64,000 nt of DNA from contig VGJL01000002.1 of assembly GCA_016867495.1 (NCBI GenBank), positions 11,185 to 75,184 of the forward strand, given 5' to 3'. Below the pieces are notes generated by a model. It was not told where the DNA came from. It was given only the letters and a program-made list of their open reading frames with translations, and did not search any database. Below are positions 33,317 to 42,768 of this stretch, piece after piece (the first letter of the stretch is position 1; each line of letters begins with the position of its first letter). The position numbers and the translations under genes were made by a program. Source of the stretch: Candidatus Eiseniibacteriota bacterium. Its GTDB lineage: Bacteria > Eisenbacteria > RBG-16-71-46 > CAIMUX01 > VGJL01.

Positions 33317-33994
33317 TCAGACCGCGGCATCCTTCTTCCCCACGCGCCCCACGATCCTCGCGGGGACGCCGAAGGCGATGGCCCCCGCTTCCAGATCCTC
33401 CAGGAGGACCGACCCGGCTCCGAGCTGCCCCTCGGCGCCGATCGACCGGCCCGGGAGGACCGATCCGTTCATGCCCACGAAGGCCGCTTCGCCCAGTCGG
33501 ACGTTTCCGCCGACGTTCGCGCCGGGTCCGACGGTCGCGAAGGGTTCGAGCACGCAGTCGTGCCCGACCGTCGCGTTGAGGTTCACGAGCGTGTGTTCGC
33601 CGAGGCGCGTGGAGGCTGCGATCGTGGCTCCCGCGCCGACAACCGCCCCGGGCGAGATCGTGATGCCCCCATACAGCGTCGCCCGCGGATGGACGGCGAT
33701 GGCGAAGACCGCTCCCAGCTCGGCGAGGCGTAGGGCGACCTCGCGGCGGGCCTTTGGTTCCCCCACCCCGATCAGGAAGCGATGGCCTTCGCGAATGAAG
33801 TCGCCCGCGACCCGCACGCTGCCGTAGACCTTCAGCCCCGCGGGCTCTGCATCCCGGCGGGACGGATCATCGTCGAGGAATCCGACCACCGTGCAGGGGA
33901 ATCCTCCCGCCTCGGCGGCCGCGCGCAGGATCTCCAGGATCCCGCGGCCGTGACCGCCGGAGCCGACGATGACGATCGGTCCCGGGCCGCTCAT
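33317..33994 (-). CDS. NeuD/PglD-family sugar N-acyltransferase (left-handed beta-helix)
   Basis: 225 aa from the ATG at 33994 (ATGA overlap with the upstream stop). IVIVGSGGHGRGILEIL N-terminal Rossmann-like part plus hexapeptide repeats (...VGAGATIAASTRLGEHTLVNLNATVGHDCVLEPFATVGPGANVGGNVRLGE...). Confidence 0.85.
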   Translation of the reverse strand: MSGPGPIVIVGSGGHGRGILEILRAAAEAGGFPCTVVGFLDDDPSRRDAEPAGLKVYGSVRVAGDFIREGHRFLIGVGEPKARREVALRLAELGAVFAIAVHPRATLYGGITISPGAVVGAGATIAASTRLGEHTLVNLNATVGHDCVLEPFATVGPGANVGGNVRLGEAAFVGMNGSVLPGRSIGAEGQLGAGSVLLEDLEAGAIAFGVPARIVGRVGKKDAAV

Positions 33995-35412
33995 GATCTC
34001 CCGCCCGCCTTCCTCTCGACGAAGCGGATCAGCAGATCGAGCGTTTCGAAGTTCTCGCCGACGACGTCCTCGTCGCCGATCTCGATCGAGAAGGTCGCCT
34101 CGAGGTCCGAGATGAGGCGGATCATGCGAAGCGAGCCGAGGCCAAGGTCGCGGAGCGGGCGGGCCCCGTCGACCTTGAGATCGAGCGCCCGTCCCAGCGT
34201 CTCTCCCACGATCTTCATGACTCCTTGCGCGAGGCCGCTCCCCTCGAGCGCGACCCGGATCTCCTCCGCGCGCAGGTGGCAGGCGCGCACGGTCTCGACG
34301 ACCGCGTCGAGCGTGGACTCCTCCATGTGCGAGAAGAGGGGCAGGCAGAGGATCTCCGAGAGGAGCAGCTCGGTCCCCGGGAACGGCCCCTGTCCTTCGA
34401 AGAGGTGCGTGAACCGTGTCTGCCTGTGCAGGGGAGGGGCGAAGTAGATCTTCGATTGGATCCCCTGCTTCTTGAGCGCGTCCTGCGTCTCGACGTTCGT
34501 GAGGCCGAAGCGCTCGGGATTGAGCCGGACGGCGAAGTAGTTGTAGGTCGTGCGGCAGCGCGGATCGATCGCTTGAAAGCGGCACCCGGGCAGATCTCGC
34601 AATCCCGCGCGATAGCGCTCGACGAGCGCGTGACGGCGCGCGATCGCCTGCTCGGTCATCTCGAGGCTGAGCGAGGCCAGGAGGCTGTGGAGCTCGCTCA
34701 GGCGAGCGTTCATGCCCGCGAGGCGGCAGTCGTAGTCGCCCGGGTTTCCGTATTCGCGCGCGACGCGAAGCTCGGCGGCCAGGGCGCGATCGTTCGTCGC
34801 GACGAGTCCTCCTTCGCCCGCGACGGTCACCTTCGTGGGGGCGAGGCTGAAGATCTCGGCCCGACCGAAGTTGCCCGCCATGGTGTCTCCCCACCGGGTT
34901 CCCATCGCGTGCGCCGCGTCGCTGTAGACGGCGAGATCGGCCCGCGCGAGGAGGGGGCGCAGAGAGTCCCAGTCCGGGCTGTTTCCGAAGATGTAGACGG
35001 GAACGAGCGCGCTCCCTCCATGCGCCAGCGCCGCGACGGCAGAGGCCGGATCGAGGTTGAAGGTGTCCGGATCGCAGTCGATCAACCTCGGACGCAGGCC
35101 GTTCCAGAGCAGCGCGTGGAGCGTCGCGGGGAATGTGAATGTGGGCAGGCAGGCCTCTCCGGTCAGCCCCAGGACCTTGGGAAGCAGCACGAGGCCGGAT
35201 GTCGCGCTCGCCATCGCGACGACCTCGCTGCATCCGAGGTAGGCGGCTGCGCGGGCCTCCAGCTCGCGGACCCATCTGCCGTTCGTGATCATGCGAGAGG
35301 CGAAGATCTTCTCCAGGTGACCGGCGTAGACCTCGTAGGGAGGGAGAGTCGGCTGGCTGACCGGGATCGTCGTCTCGGGAACCGGCCCGCCCAGTATCGC
35401 TAGCTTGTCCAA
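33991..35412 (-). CDS. DegT/DnrJ/EryC1 sugar aminotransferase fused to a C-terminal acyl carrier protein domain
   Basis: 473 aa. PLP-Lys motif FSLAPTKVTVAGEGG. The last ~80 aa ...ARPLRDLGLGSLRMIRLISDLEATFSIEIGDEDV...FETLDLLIRFVE match the PP-binding (DLGxDSL-type) pattern. Confidence 0.8.
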   Translation of the reverse strand: MDKLAILGGPVPETTIPVSQPTLPPYEVYAGHLEKIFASRMITNGRWVRELEARAAAYLGCSEVVAMASATSGLVLLPKVLGLTGEACLPTFTFPATLHALLWNGLRPRLIDCDPDTFNLDPASAVAALAHGGSALVPVYIFGNSPDWDSLRPLLARADLAVYSDAAHAMGTRWGDTMAGNFGRAEIFSLAPTKVTVAGEGGLVATNDRALAAELRVAREYGNPGDYDCRLAGMNARLSELHSLLASLSLEMTEQAIARRHALVERYRAGLRDLPGCRFQAIDPRCRTTYNYFAVRLNPERFGLTNVETQDALKKQGIQSKIYFAPPLHRQTRFTHLFEGQGPFPGTELLLSEILCLPLFSHMEESTLDAVVETVRACHLRAEEIRVALEGSGLAQGVMKIVGETLGRALDLKVDGARPLRDLGLGSLRMIRLISDLEATFSIEIGDEDVVGENFETLDLLIRFVERKAGGRS

Positions 35413-35428
35413 GTCGTCCCTCCTCCGG

Positions 35429-36997
35429 CTATGCCCGCGCGTTCCAATCGTCCTTCAGCTTCTGCTTCTGGATCTTGCCCGACTCGTTCTTCGGAAGTTC
35501 GGCGCGGATCGAGAAGGCCGCCGGGATCTTGTACTCGGGGAGGCGGGAAGAGGCGAAATCCTTGAGGGCCGCCTCGGTCGCGCTGTGCCCCTCCCGCAGG
35601 ACGACGAAGGCGAGGATCGCCTCGCCCAGGATCTCATCGGGAATCCCGATCACCGCGGCTTCGTGGATCTCGGGATGCTCCATCAGAACCTCCTCGACTT
35701 CCTTCGGACTGATGCGGTGCGCGCCGCACTTGATCATCTCCCGCTTCCGCCCGACGACGTAGAGGAATCCCTCCTCGTCCCTACGCCCGAGATCTCCGGT
35801 GTGGAACCCCTCGGGTCCGAGCACGCGGCGGGTCTCCTCGAGATCTCCCCAGTATCCCGCCATGATGTTCGAGCCGCGAGCGACCAGCTCGCCCGTCTCG
35901 CCGACATCGGCCTCGGTCGCGTCCTCGCGGAGGACGCGCATCTCGACATTGGGGATCGCGCGCCCGATCGACCCGACCTTTCGCGGAAGATCGGCGGGCG
36001 GAAGGTAGGTGAGTCGCGCCCCGGCCTCGGTCGCCCCGTACATGATGTAGATCGTCACGCCCGGGAGGGCCTCCATCAGTCGCCGGATCAGCTCCGGCGC
36101 CATGGCTCCTCCCGCCTGGGTGATGTAGCGGAGGGATGGCGGGGTGTCGGCGGCGAGACGGGATCGGTTCATGAGGAGCGCGAACGTCGAGGGGACGCCG
36201 GAGATCCCTGTCGCGCCATCCTTCTTCATCCTGTCTACAACGCTGTTCGGGAACAGGAGATCGCTGCCGACAATCAGCGAGCCGCCCGCCCACGCGTGCG
36301 TGTTGAGCAGCGACTTCCCATAGACGTAGTAGAAGGGGAGGATGACGAGGATGCGGTCCTCGCTCGTCAGGCGGAGGTAGGTGACGATCGAACGGACATT
36401 GGAGACGAGATTCAGATGGGTGAGCATCGCGCCGCGAGGTTGCCCCGTCGAGCCCGAGGTGTAGATGATCGATGCGAGGTCGATGTCGACGGCGGGGCAC
36501 GGCGGGGCGGAGGCGCCCGATTCCGCCTCGAGAGCGGCGGGCAGAGGAATCGGCTCGATGTGCGCCGGTATGGCGCCGAACGCCCCTGGGTCCCTCGTGA
36601 TCAGGTGCCGGAGATCGGGCGTTCTCGCAAGGGCCGGGGTGGTCACCTCGGCGAAGCGCGGCTGCGTCACGAGGGCGCGCACGCGACAGTTGTCGAGGAT
36701 GAAGTCGAGGCCCCGCGCGTCGAGGGACGTGTTGATCGGAACCGCCGCGGCGCCGGCCTTGAGCGTGCCGTAATAGGAGAGAACGTAGTCGAGCGAGTTC
36801 TCCGCGAGGATTCCGATCCGGTCTCCGCGCCGGATGCGGAGGCGCCGGAGGCATCGCGCGAATCGGTTCGCTTGATCCTCCGCTTCTCCGTAGGTGACGA
36901 TCCGATCCGGAAAGCGGAGGAACGGGCTCTCGGGCGCGCGCTCCGCGCTTCGCTCGAGGACTTCGTGCAGGAGAACCGGTTCGCCGGGAATGGCCAA
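35429..36997 (-). CDS. AMP-dependent synthetase/ligase (acyl-CoA/acyl-ACP ligase type adenylating enzyme)
   Basis: 522 aa. IIYTSGSTGQPRGAML (AMP-binding motif), YGATE, GDLGRRDEEGFLYVVGRKREMIK and a C-terminal ...PKNESGKIQK. Confidence 0.9.
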   Translation of the reverse strand: MAIPGEPVLLHEVLERSAERAPESPFLRFPDRIVTYGEAEDQANRFARCLRRLRIRRGDRIGILAENSLDYVLSYYGTLKAGAAAVPINTSLDARGLDFILDNCRVRALVTQPRFAEVTTPALARTPDLRHLITRDPGAFGAIPAHIEPIPLPAALEAESGASAPPCPAVDIDLASIIYTSGSTGQPRGAMLTHLNLVSNVRSIVTYLRLTSEDRILVILPFYYVYGKSLLNTHAWAGGSLIVGSDLLFPNSVVDRMKKDGATGISGVPSTFALLMNRSRLAADTPPSLRYITQAGGAMAPELIRRLMEALPGVTIYIMYGATEAGARLTYLPPADLPRKVGSIGRAIPNVEMRVLREDATEADVGETGELVARGSNIMAGYWGDLEETRRVLGPEGFHTGDLGRRDEEGFLYVVGRKREMIKCGAHRISPKEVEEVLMEHPEIHEAAVIGIPDEILGEAILAFVVLREGHSATEAALKDFASSRLPEYKIPAAFSIRAELPKNESGKIQKQKLKDDWNARA

Positions 36998-37136
36998 CTC
37001 CTTCCTGTTCGGGCGCTTGCCTCGCTGCGAGGCGGGCGGCCGAGCACACTACTATAGTATCGACCCTGCCGCAGTGCTGCTTGAGAACGAAGCCGCCGCA
37101 ACTCTTTTCATCTGTTGGGATTCCGGACACGTGACC

Positions 37137-37811
37137 ATGGAGCCGGCGGCCGCGGAGCGATCGAAACTCCTTGCCAGGCTCTCCGCATCGCCCACAATGA
37201 TCGCGCGGATCTGGCGGCGAAGAAGGGGCCCTGCCTCTCGAAGACCGATGGACGCGATCGAAACCTGGAACGACGCGCAACTCGTCGCGGCGGTCGGCGG
37301 CGGAAGCACGCAGGCCGAGGCCGAGGTCTGCGTCCGCTATCGGGCGAGGATCCGCCGCAAAGTGGATGCCTCGCTCCGCGGCAGCCCCGACGCCGAGGAT
37401 CTCACGTCCGAGATCCTGCAGGCGACGATCGAGTCGCTGAGGCGCGGGAGCTTCCGGGGCGAGTGCCAGCTCGGGACCTTCGTCCACGCGGTCTCCAGGA
37501 ACAAGATCGCCGAGTACATCCGCCGCCGCAGGCCGGAGTCGGTGGAGCTGACGGAGGACGTCCCCGATCATCGGATTTCGCCCGAGGAGGAGGTTATCCG
37601 AGGGGAGATCGCCGACGCCGTGCGCAAGGCGGTCGGGGAGCTCAAGCCGAAGTACCGTAACGTGTTATATCTGTACTACTTCCGAGGTCTGAGCATCGCC
37701 GAGATCGCAGCCCGTTTGGGGGCTCCGGGCCGGCGCGTCAGCGAGTGGAAGGACTATGGGCTCAAGATGATCCGTTCCAAGGCGGGACCGTCGCTACTTC
37801 GATTCCGGTAA
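37137..37811 (+). CDS. ECF (sigma-70 family) sigma factor, divergent from the glycan operon
   Basis: Real gene inside track ORF 36894..37811. Region 2 (EDLTSEILQATIESL...FVHAVSRNKIAEYIRRR) and region 4 (LKPKYRNVLYLYYFRGLSIAEIAARLG). The start is ATG 37137 or 37248. Confidence 0.8.
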   Translation: MEPAAAERSKLLARLSASPTMIARIWRRRRGPASRRPMDAIETWNDAQLVAAVGGGSTQAEAEVCVRYRARIRRKVDASLRGSPDAEDLTSEILQATIESLRRGSFRGECQLGTFVHAVSRNKIAEYIRRRRPESVELTEDVPDHRISPEEEVIRGEIADAVRKAVGELKPKYRNVLYLYYFRGLSIAEIAARLGAPGRRVSEWKDYGLKMIRSKAGPSLLRFR

Positions 37812-37835
37812 CCGCCTCTCCGGTGCAACCAACAT

Positions 37836-38660
37836 GTGGGGACGAAGGCCATGGACTGCGAATCGGTCCGGAAAGGAAGGCTTGCGGAGCGGTATCGGGA
37901 GGGGCATCTCTCTCCCGAGGAAGCGGAGGAGTACGAGCGCCACTACTTTTCCTGCGACCGCTGCTTTCAGGATCTGAGGTTGGAGGATCTGGTCGCCGAG
38001 CGGATCAGTGCGGAGGGGGAGGCCCTCTTCGCCGAGGAGATCGTTGCAGAGTCTGCCGTTGGATCGCGCGGCGCGGCTCCGGTCTCCGGGACGATTCCCG
38101 CGCGACGCCGTCCCCTCATCGATCTCAGGAAGTGGTGGTCCTCTCTTGCCCGCCCCGCCTGGGCAGGCGGCCTGGTCGCGGCGACGGCCGTCGCCGTCAT
38201 CGCGATCGTCAGCATGATGAGCATGAATCGCGACGCCGCTCTCAAGAGATGCTGGACTCCATCCGCGCACCCCTACATCGCCTCCGAGTTGCGGGGAGCC
38301 GAGGAGATCGACGAGTTTCGGCAGGGGATGGAGTCTTACGCGGCCGGCCGCTACAAGGAGGCTGCGGACCGGCTGTCCCGCAGCGCCGAAGTTGACCCGC
38401 GCGACGCGGACATCCACTTCTACAGGGGGGTCGCCCTCCTCATGTCCGGAAGACCCCGCGCCGCGCGGGAGGCTCTCCAGACCGCGTCCGGTCTCGTTCC
38501 CGCCTCCGAGCTTTACCGCTGGTATCTCGCGCAGGCGCAGCTCATGAGCGGCGAGGTCGCGAAGGCCGAAGAGAGCTTGCGGCCGCTCGCCGCCGGCGAC
38601 GAGTACGCGGTGCGGGCGAGAGCGCTGCTCGACAGGATCGCGGAGGTCAGGAGGGACTAG
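37836..38660 (+). CDS. Putative anti-sigma factor (zf-HC2-like) with a TM segment and C-terminal TPR-like domain
   Basis: N-terminal ...YERHYFSCDRCFQDL. TM segment WAGGLVAATAVAVIAIVSMM. C-terminal helical repeats (YAAGRYKEAADRLSRSAEVDP...). Confidence 0.55.
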   Translation: MGTKAMDCESVRKGRLAERYREGHLSPEEAEEYERHYFSCDRCFQDLRLEDLVAERISAEGEALFAEEIVAESAVGSRGAAPVSGTIPARRRPLIDLRKWWSSLARPAWAGGLVAATAVAVIAIVSMMSMNRDAALKRCWTPSAHPYIASELRGAEEIDEFRQGMESYAAGRYKEAADRLSRSAEVDPRDADIHFYRGVALLMSGRPRAAREALQTASGLVPASELYRWYLAQAQLMSGEVAKAEESLRPLAAGDEYAVRARALLDRIAEVRRD

Positions 38661-38710
38661 GCGACGCCGAGCAGTCCGGAGAGACTACGCCTGCGCGCGG
38701 CTCGAAACCC

Positions 38711-39922
38711 CTACGATGCCCTCGCAGGCCTCATGCGTTTCACGCCCGCCGCGACGCCGAAGAAGAGAAGCATCCCGGCGATGCACAGCGTGGCCTCCGT
38801 GTTGAGCATCCCGCGCGCGCCCCAACGCGTGTGCGCCCATCCGTCGACGAGGGTCATGTAGTAGATCGGGGTGTTCGAGAGCGAGGCGAAGACGTTGTAC
38901 TTCGTCGCCGCGGCCCCTGTCCCCATCGCCTCGAGGACGAACGCGGTGAACCCGGCGAAGGTGAGGCCGGTGATCACCGCGTAGAGCGACGTGAACACGA
39001 TGTACATCCGCTCGGTCCGCGGGGCGAACGCCATGCCGACCGCGCATGCTGCCTGAAGCGCACCGTAGATGACGTAGGCGGTCTTCCGGTCCATCCGGTC
39101 GCAGATGTAGCCGCCGATCAGACAACCGGCCGCGGAGAGGATCCCGCCCATGATGCCTGTCACGAGGGCCACCGTCTCGGCCGAGGCGCTCCAGTCCCCG
39201 GCCACAGCCGACCAGAGCCCCGAGGCGGCCCCCGAGCCGATCGGAAGGAAGCAGAGGAAGAGGGCGAGGAACCCGATCCGGGACTTCGCCATCGACCAGA
39301 GATCCAGAGCCACATTGCGCAGCGTCCGAAGGACCTTGTCGTCGCGAATCGTGGAGGCCGGCTCGGGGACGAAGAGCAGGGCGAGGCAGCACAGGAGACA
39401 GGCGGCCGCGAGGATCGCGCCGGCCATCCATGGGGCGGGAAGGCGCTGCGCGAGCAGAAGGCCCGCCCCTCCTCCCAGGCCCGCGCCGCCGAGATTGCCG
39501 GCCTGGAACCATCCGCCCGCCCTTCCCTTCTGCTCCTGAGGAGTGGCGTAGGCCATGAGGCTGTCGGTCGCCATGCCCAGGAAGGTCGCCGCGAAGTTCG
39601 AAATCAGGATGATCGTCGTGAGCAGCGGAATGCTCGACTCCCTGATCGGCGCCATTCCGGTCGCGAGGATTCCCAGGGCGCTCAGGACGCTCGCCGCGAG
39701 ATACCAGCCCTTGCGCGTGAAGAGCGAGTCGACCAGAGGAGCCCAGAAGAACTTCCACGTGTGGGGAACGATGCCGACGGCGACCAGGGCCGCGATCCGC
39801 TCGACCGGGACGCCCTCCTTCGAGAACAGGTAGGCGAGGGCCACCGAGACGTATCCGCCCATCGCCCCGAAGGGGATGATGAGAAACATGAAGACCGACG
39901 GATGCGTGCGCCGCGGGGACAT
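38711..39922 (-). CDS. MFS transporter, AmpG/PAT-like
   Basis: Trimmed to MSPRRTHPSVFMFLIIPFG... Contains HTWKFFWAPLVDS (the KFxWxPxxD motif of the AmpG/PAT family) and 12-helix-like hydrophobicity. Confidence 0.7.
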   Translation of the reverse strand: MSPRRTHPSVFMFLIIPFGAMGGYVSVALAYLFSKEGVPVERIAALVAVGIVPHTWKFFWAPLVDSLFTRKGWYLAASVLSALGILATGMAPIRESSIPLLTTIILISNFAATFLGMATDSLMAYATPQEQKGRAGGWFQAGNLGGAGLGGGAGLLLAQRLPAPWMAGAILAAACLLCCLALLFVPEPASTIRDDKVLRTLRNVALDLWSMAKSRIGFLALFLCFLPIGSGAASGLWSAVAGDWSASAETVALVTGIMGGILSAAGCLIGGYICDRMDRKTAYVIYGALQAACAVGMAFAPRTERMYIVFTSLYAVITGLTFAGFTAFVLEAMGTGAAATKYNVFASLSNTPIYYMTLVDGWAHTRWGARGMLNTEATLCIAGMLLFFGVAAGVKRMRPARAS

Positions 39923-40074
39923 ACGCGGGGCATGGTAGCACGGCCGAAGGCGCCGTTCACCGGTCCCCTGCCTCCACTCGCCGATCATCCATGGTCCGCC
40001 GCTTGATCAGGCGCGATCCTCTCCGTGTGGACGAGAAGAGGCCTCAGGGCTTCGGGAGAAAGGAGAGGAGAGTC

Positions 40075-40824
40075 ATGAACGAGTTGAGGACAAGTCACAG
40101 CGTCGGGAAGCTGATCCTCGGAATCGCCGTCGTCGCGCTCGGCCTGATCTTCACGCTGAGCAATCTCAACTTGATCGATTCGGACCGCTATCTGCGATTC
40201 TGGCCGGTCGTCCTGATCGCCTTCGGCCTGGAGAAACTCCTCCAGCCGCGCGCGTCGAGCGGCCGGATGTTCGGATTCATCCTCGCCGCGGTCGGCGTGC
40301 TGCTCCTTCTTCGCAACCTCGCGATGATCACGTGGAACATCTGGGATCTCTGGCCGCTGATCCTGGTTCTGATCGGCTTCAGCATCGTCTGGGGAGCCCT
40401 CGGCCGCCGGTCGGGCCGGGAACGCTTCCGCTGCCGCCCGGATGTCTCGGTCTCCTTCGACGACGACGCGAAGAGGCGGCAGGTCGACCCGGAATCGACG
40501 CTGAACATCAGCGCCGTCTTCGGAGGCGATGAGCGCGTCGTCACGTCTCAAGGCTTCCGCGGCGGGACGGTTTCGACCATCATGGGGGGGTGCGACATCG
40601 ATCTGAGGCAAGCATCGATCGCCCAGGGCGAAGCGATCCTCGATGTCTCGGTCGTCTTCGGGGGGGTCGAGATCCGGGTCCCCGAGGACTGGAAGGTCGT
40701 GCTGCGCGTCAACTCGATTCTCGGCGGCGTGGAAGAGAAGACCCGCAAGCCGATAGGGGATGCGGCCAAGACGCTGGTGATCACGGGCAGCGTCATCTTC
40801 GGCGGAGTGGAGATTCGCAACTGA
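40075..40824 (+). CDS. LiaF-like cell-envelope stress protein (4 TM + DUF2154-like domain)
   Basis: Trimmed to MNELRTSHSVGKLILGIAVV... Four TM segments, then ...MGGCDIDLRQASI...LDVSVVFGGVEIRVPEDWKVVL...VIFGGVEIRN. Confidence 0.6.
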   Translation: MNELRTSHSVGKLILGIAVVALGLIFTLSNLNLIDSDRYLRFWPVVLIAFGLEKLLQPRASSGRMFGFILAAVGVLLLLRNLAMITWNIWDLWPLILVLIGFSIVWGALGRRSGRERFRCRPDVSVSFDDDAKRRQVDPESTLNISAVFGGDERVVTSQGFRGGTVSTIMGGCDIDLRQASIAQGEAILDVSVVFGGVEIRVPEDWKVVLRVNSILGGVEEKTRKPIGDAAKTLVITGSVIFGGVEIRN

Positions 40825-40858
40825 TCCTGACGGATCAGAGAGAGGCAGGTCGGCAGCC

Positions 40859-41959
40859 GTGACGCCGCTGGCGACGACCCGGCGATTCATCCCGCCCTAT
40901 CTGGCGGCATGGGTTCCCATCGCCGGGCTCCTTGCGGCGATGCTCCGTCTGACGCCGGGGACGACATGGACCGGCGCCCTGGCCGTCGCGATTCCCGGCT
41001 CGGCGCTCCTTTCCTTCCTCTGTGTCGCGATCCGCTATCCCGTGCGCGGGCTGCCGGCAGAACGGATGCCGGTGTCGCGCTTGCTCGCGCTCCACCTGGG
41101 CGGCGCAGCCTTCGCGACGGCGGTCTGGCTCGGCGCGCTCAGGCTCTGGGTCGAGGTCCTCGGGCAGACGCGACCGTTCGAGCTCCTGCCGGAGGCCTTC
41201 CGGAGCCACGCGCCGCTGCTCGCGGCCGCCGGGTTGCTGCTCTATCTGCTGGCCGTGACGTTTCACTCGCTCCTGCGCGCGGTGGAGCGGAGCCGCGAGG
41301 CCGAAAGGCGCGCCCTGGAGCTGAGCCTCATCGCGCGCGACGCGGAGATCGCCCTGCTCAGGTCCCAGGTCGATCCGCACTTTCTCTTCAATGCGCTGAA
41401 CTCGATCGCCGGCCTCACGCGGGACGATCCGGATCGCGCGCGCACTCTCTGCCTGCGTCTCGGTGACTTCCTCCGGGCGGGACTCAGGATCGGGAGTCGG
41501 GCGCGCATTTCGCTCCGCGAGGAGCTGGCTCTCGCCCGCGACTACCTCGAGATCGAGCGGATCCGCTTCGGCGCAAGGCTCCGGGTCGCGGAGGATGTCG
41601 ACGAGGCAGGCCTCTCGTGCCCCGTGCCGCCCTTGATCCTCCTGCCTCTGCTCGAGAACGCTGTGCGTCATGGGATCTCGGGACTGGTCGAGGGAGGCGA
41701 GGTGCTGATCGGCGTTCGCGTGGGGGGAGGGGGCATCGAGATCATTGTCGAGAACCCTCGCGACGCCGAGGCGCGATCGAGGGCCGGGGAAGGGATCGGG
41801 CTGCGGAACGTTCGCCGACGGCTGGAGACGCTCTACGGCCGGGCGGGGGGACTCGCGATCCGAGAGACGCCGGAGAGCTTCAGGATCGAGATCGCGATTC
41901 CCCGGCAACTCGCGCCGGAATCGGGCGACGGCGGCGGCGCGAGCGAGAGGCAAGGATGA
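40859..41959 (+). CDS. Sensor histidine kinase, LytS/YehU (His_kinase) family
   Basis: Membrane N-terminus, then LLRSQVDPHFLFNALNSIAGL (the family H-box) and an HATPase region LLENAVRHGI...GIGLRNVRRRLE. Confidence 0.85.
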   Translation: MTPLATTRRFIPPYLAAWVPIAGLLAAMLRLTPGTTWTGALAVAIPGSALLSFLCVAIRYPVRGLPAERMPVSRLLALHLGGAAFATAVWLGALRLWVEVLGQTRPFELLPEAFRSHAPLLAAAGLLLYLLAVTFHSLLRAVERSREAERRALELSLIARDAEIALLRSQVDPHFLFNALNSIAGLTRDDPDRARTLCLRLGDFLRAGLRIGSRARISLREELALARDYLEIERIRFGARLRVAEDVDEAGLSCPVPPLILLPLLENAVRHGISGLVEGGEVLIGVRVGGGGIEIIVENPRDAEARSRAGEGIGLRNVRRRLETLYGRAGGLAIRETPESFRIEIAIPRQLAPESGDGGGASERQG

Positions 41960-42768
41960 TGAGCAAGACCAGCGATCTGCGCCTCCTCATCGTGGATGAC
42001 GAGGAGCCGGCCCGGCTGCTGCTGCGGGACTATCTGCGCGGCGCGCCCGGCGTGACGATCGTGGGGGAGTGCGCGGACGGTTTCGCGGCGGTCAAGGCGG
42101 TCACGGACCTCGATCCCGACCTCCTCCTGCTCGACATCCAGATGCCCAAGCTCGACGGATTAGAAGTCCTCGAGCTGATCGGGCGTGAGATCGCGGTCGT
42201 CTTCGTCACGGCCTATGACGAGTACTCGATCCGGGCCTTCGAGATCCACGCGGTCGACTATCTGCTGAAGCCCTACTCGCGCGAGCGGCTCCTCGAGGCG
42301 CTCGATCGGGCCCGCGAGAGGGTTGCGCGGCTCGGCCCGCGCCGGAAGGGAGCGCCGGCGTCGCAAGCCGCCGCCACCGCCGGCGCCGGGAGCGCGACTC
42401 TGCCCGAGACGGTCGCCGCCATGGACATGCGCCGCTCGAGGCGGCCGCTCGAACGGATCCTCATCCGAGACAGAGCGCGCATCCATGTGATCCCGGTCGG
42501 CTCGATCCACTACGTGGAGGCGCAGGACGACTACATCTCCATCGTGACCAAGGACAGGAAGCTCCTCAAGCAGCAGACCCTGAACGAACTGGGGCAGGCG
42601 CTGGACGAGAGGCGCTTCGTCCGCGTTCATAGATCGTTCCTGCTCAACATCGAGCATCTGGCGAGGATCGAGACTTACGCGAAGGACTCGAGGATCGCGA
42701 TCCTGAAGAGCGGCGCCCAGCTCCCGGTCAGCCGGAGCGGATACGAGAGGCTGCGGGGGTTGCTGTGA
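41956..42768 (+). CDS. LytTR-family response regulator
   Basis: ATG 41956 overlaps the kinase stop. Receiver domain LRLLIVDDEEPAR...LLLLDIQMPKLDG, then a C-terminal LytTR domain (IHYVEAQDDYISIVTKDRKLLKQQTLNELG...FVRVHRSFLLN). Confidence 0.9.
   Translation: MMSKTSDLRLLIVDDEEPARLLLRDYLRGAPGVTIVGECADGFAAVKAVTDLDPDLLLLDIQMPKLDGLEVLELIGREIAVVFVTAYDEYSIRAFEIHAVDYLLKPYSRERLLEALDRARERVARLGPRRKGAPASQAAATAGAGSATLPETVAAMDMRRSRRPLERILIRDRARIHVIPVGSIHYVEAQDDYISIVTKDRKLLKQQTLNELGQALDERRFVRVHRSFLLNIEHLARIETYAKDSRIAILKSGAQLPVSRSGYERLRGLL

Noticed and set aside
31303-35275. 584-aa and 652-aa track ORFs (31303..33057, 33317..35275) suggesting large multidomain sugar transferase and acetyltransferase proteins
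   Set aside because: The N-terminal extensions are Arg-rich nonsense that overlaps the LarA-like and DegT-ACP genes in other frames. Internal ATGs at 31998 and 33994 form ATGA overlaps with the upstream stops and give proteins of canonical length (231 and 225 aa).
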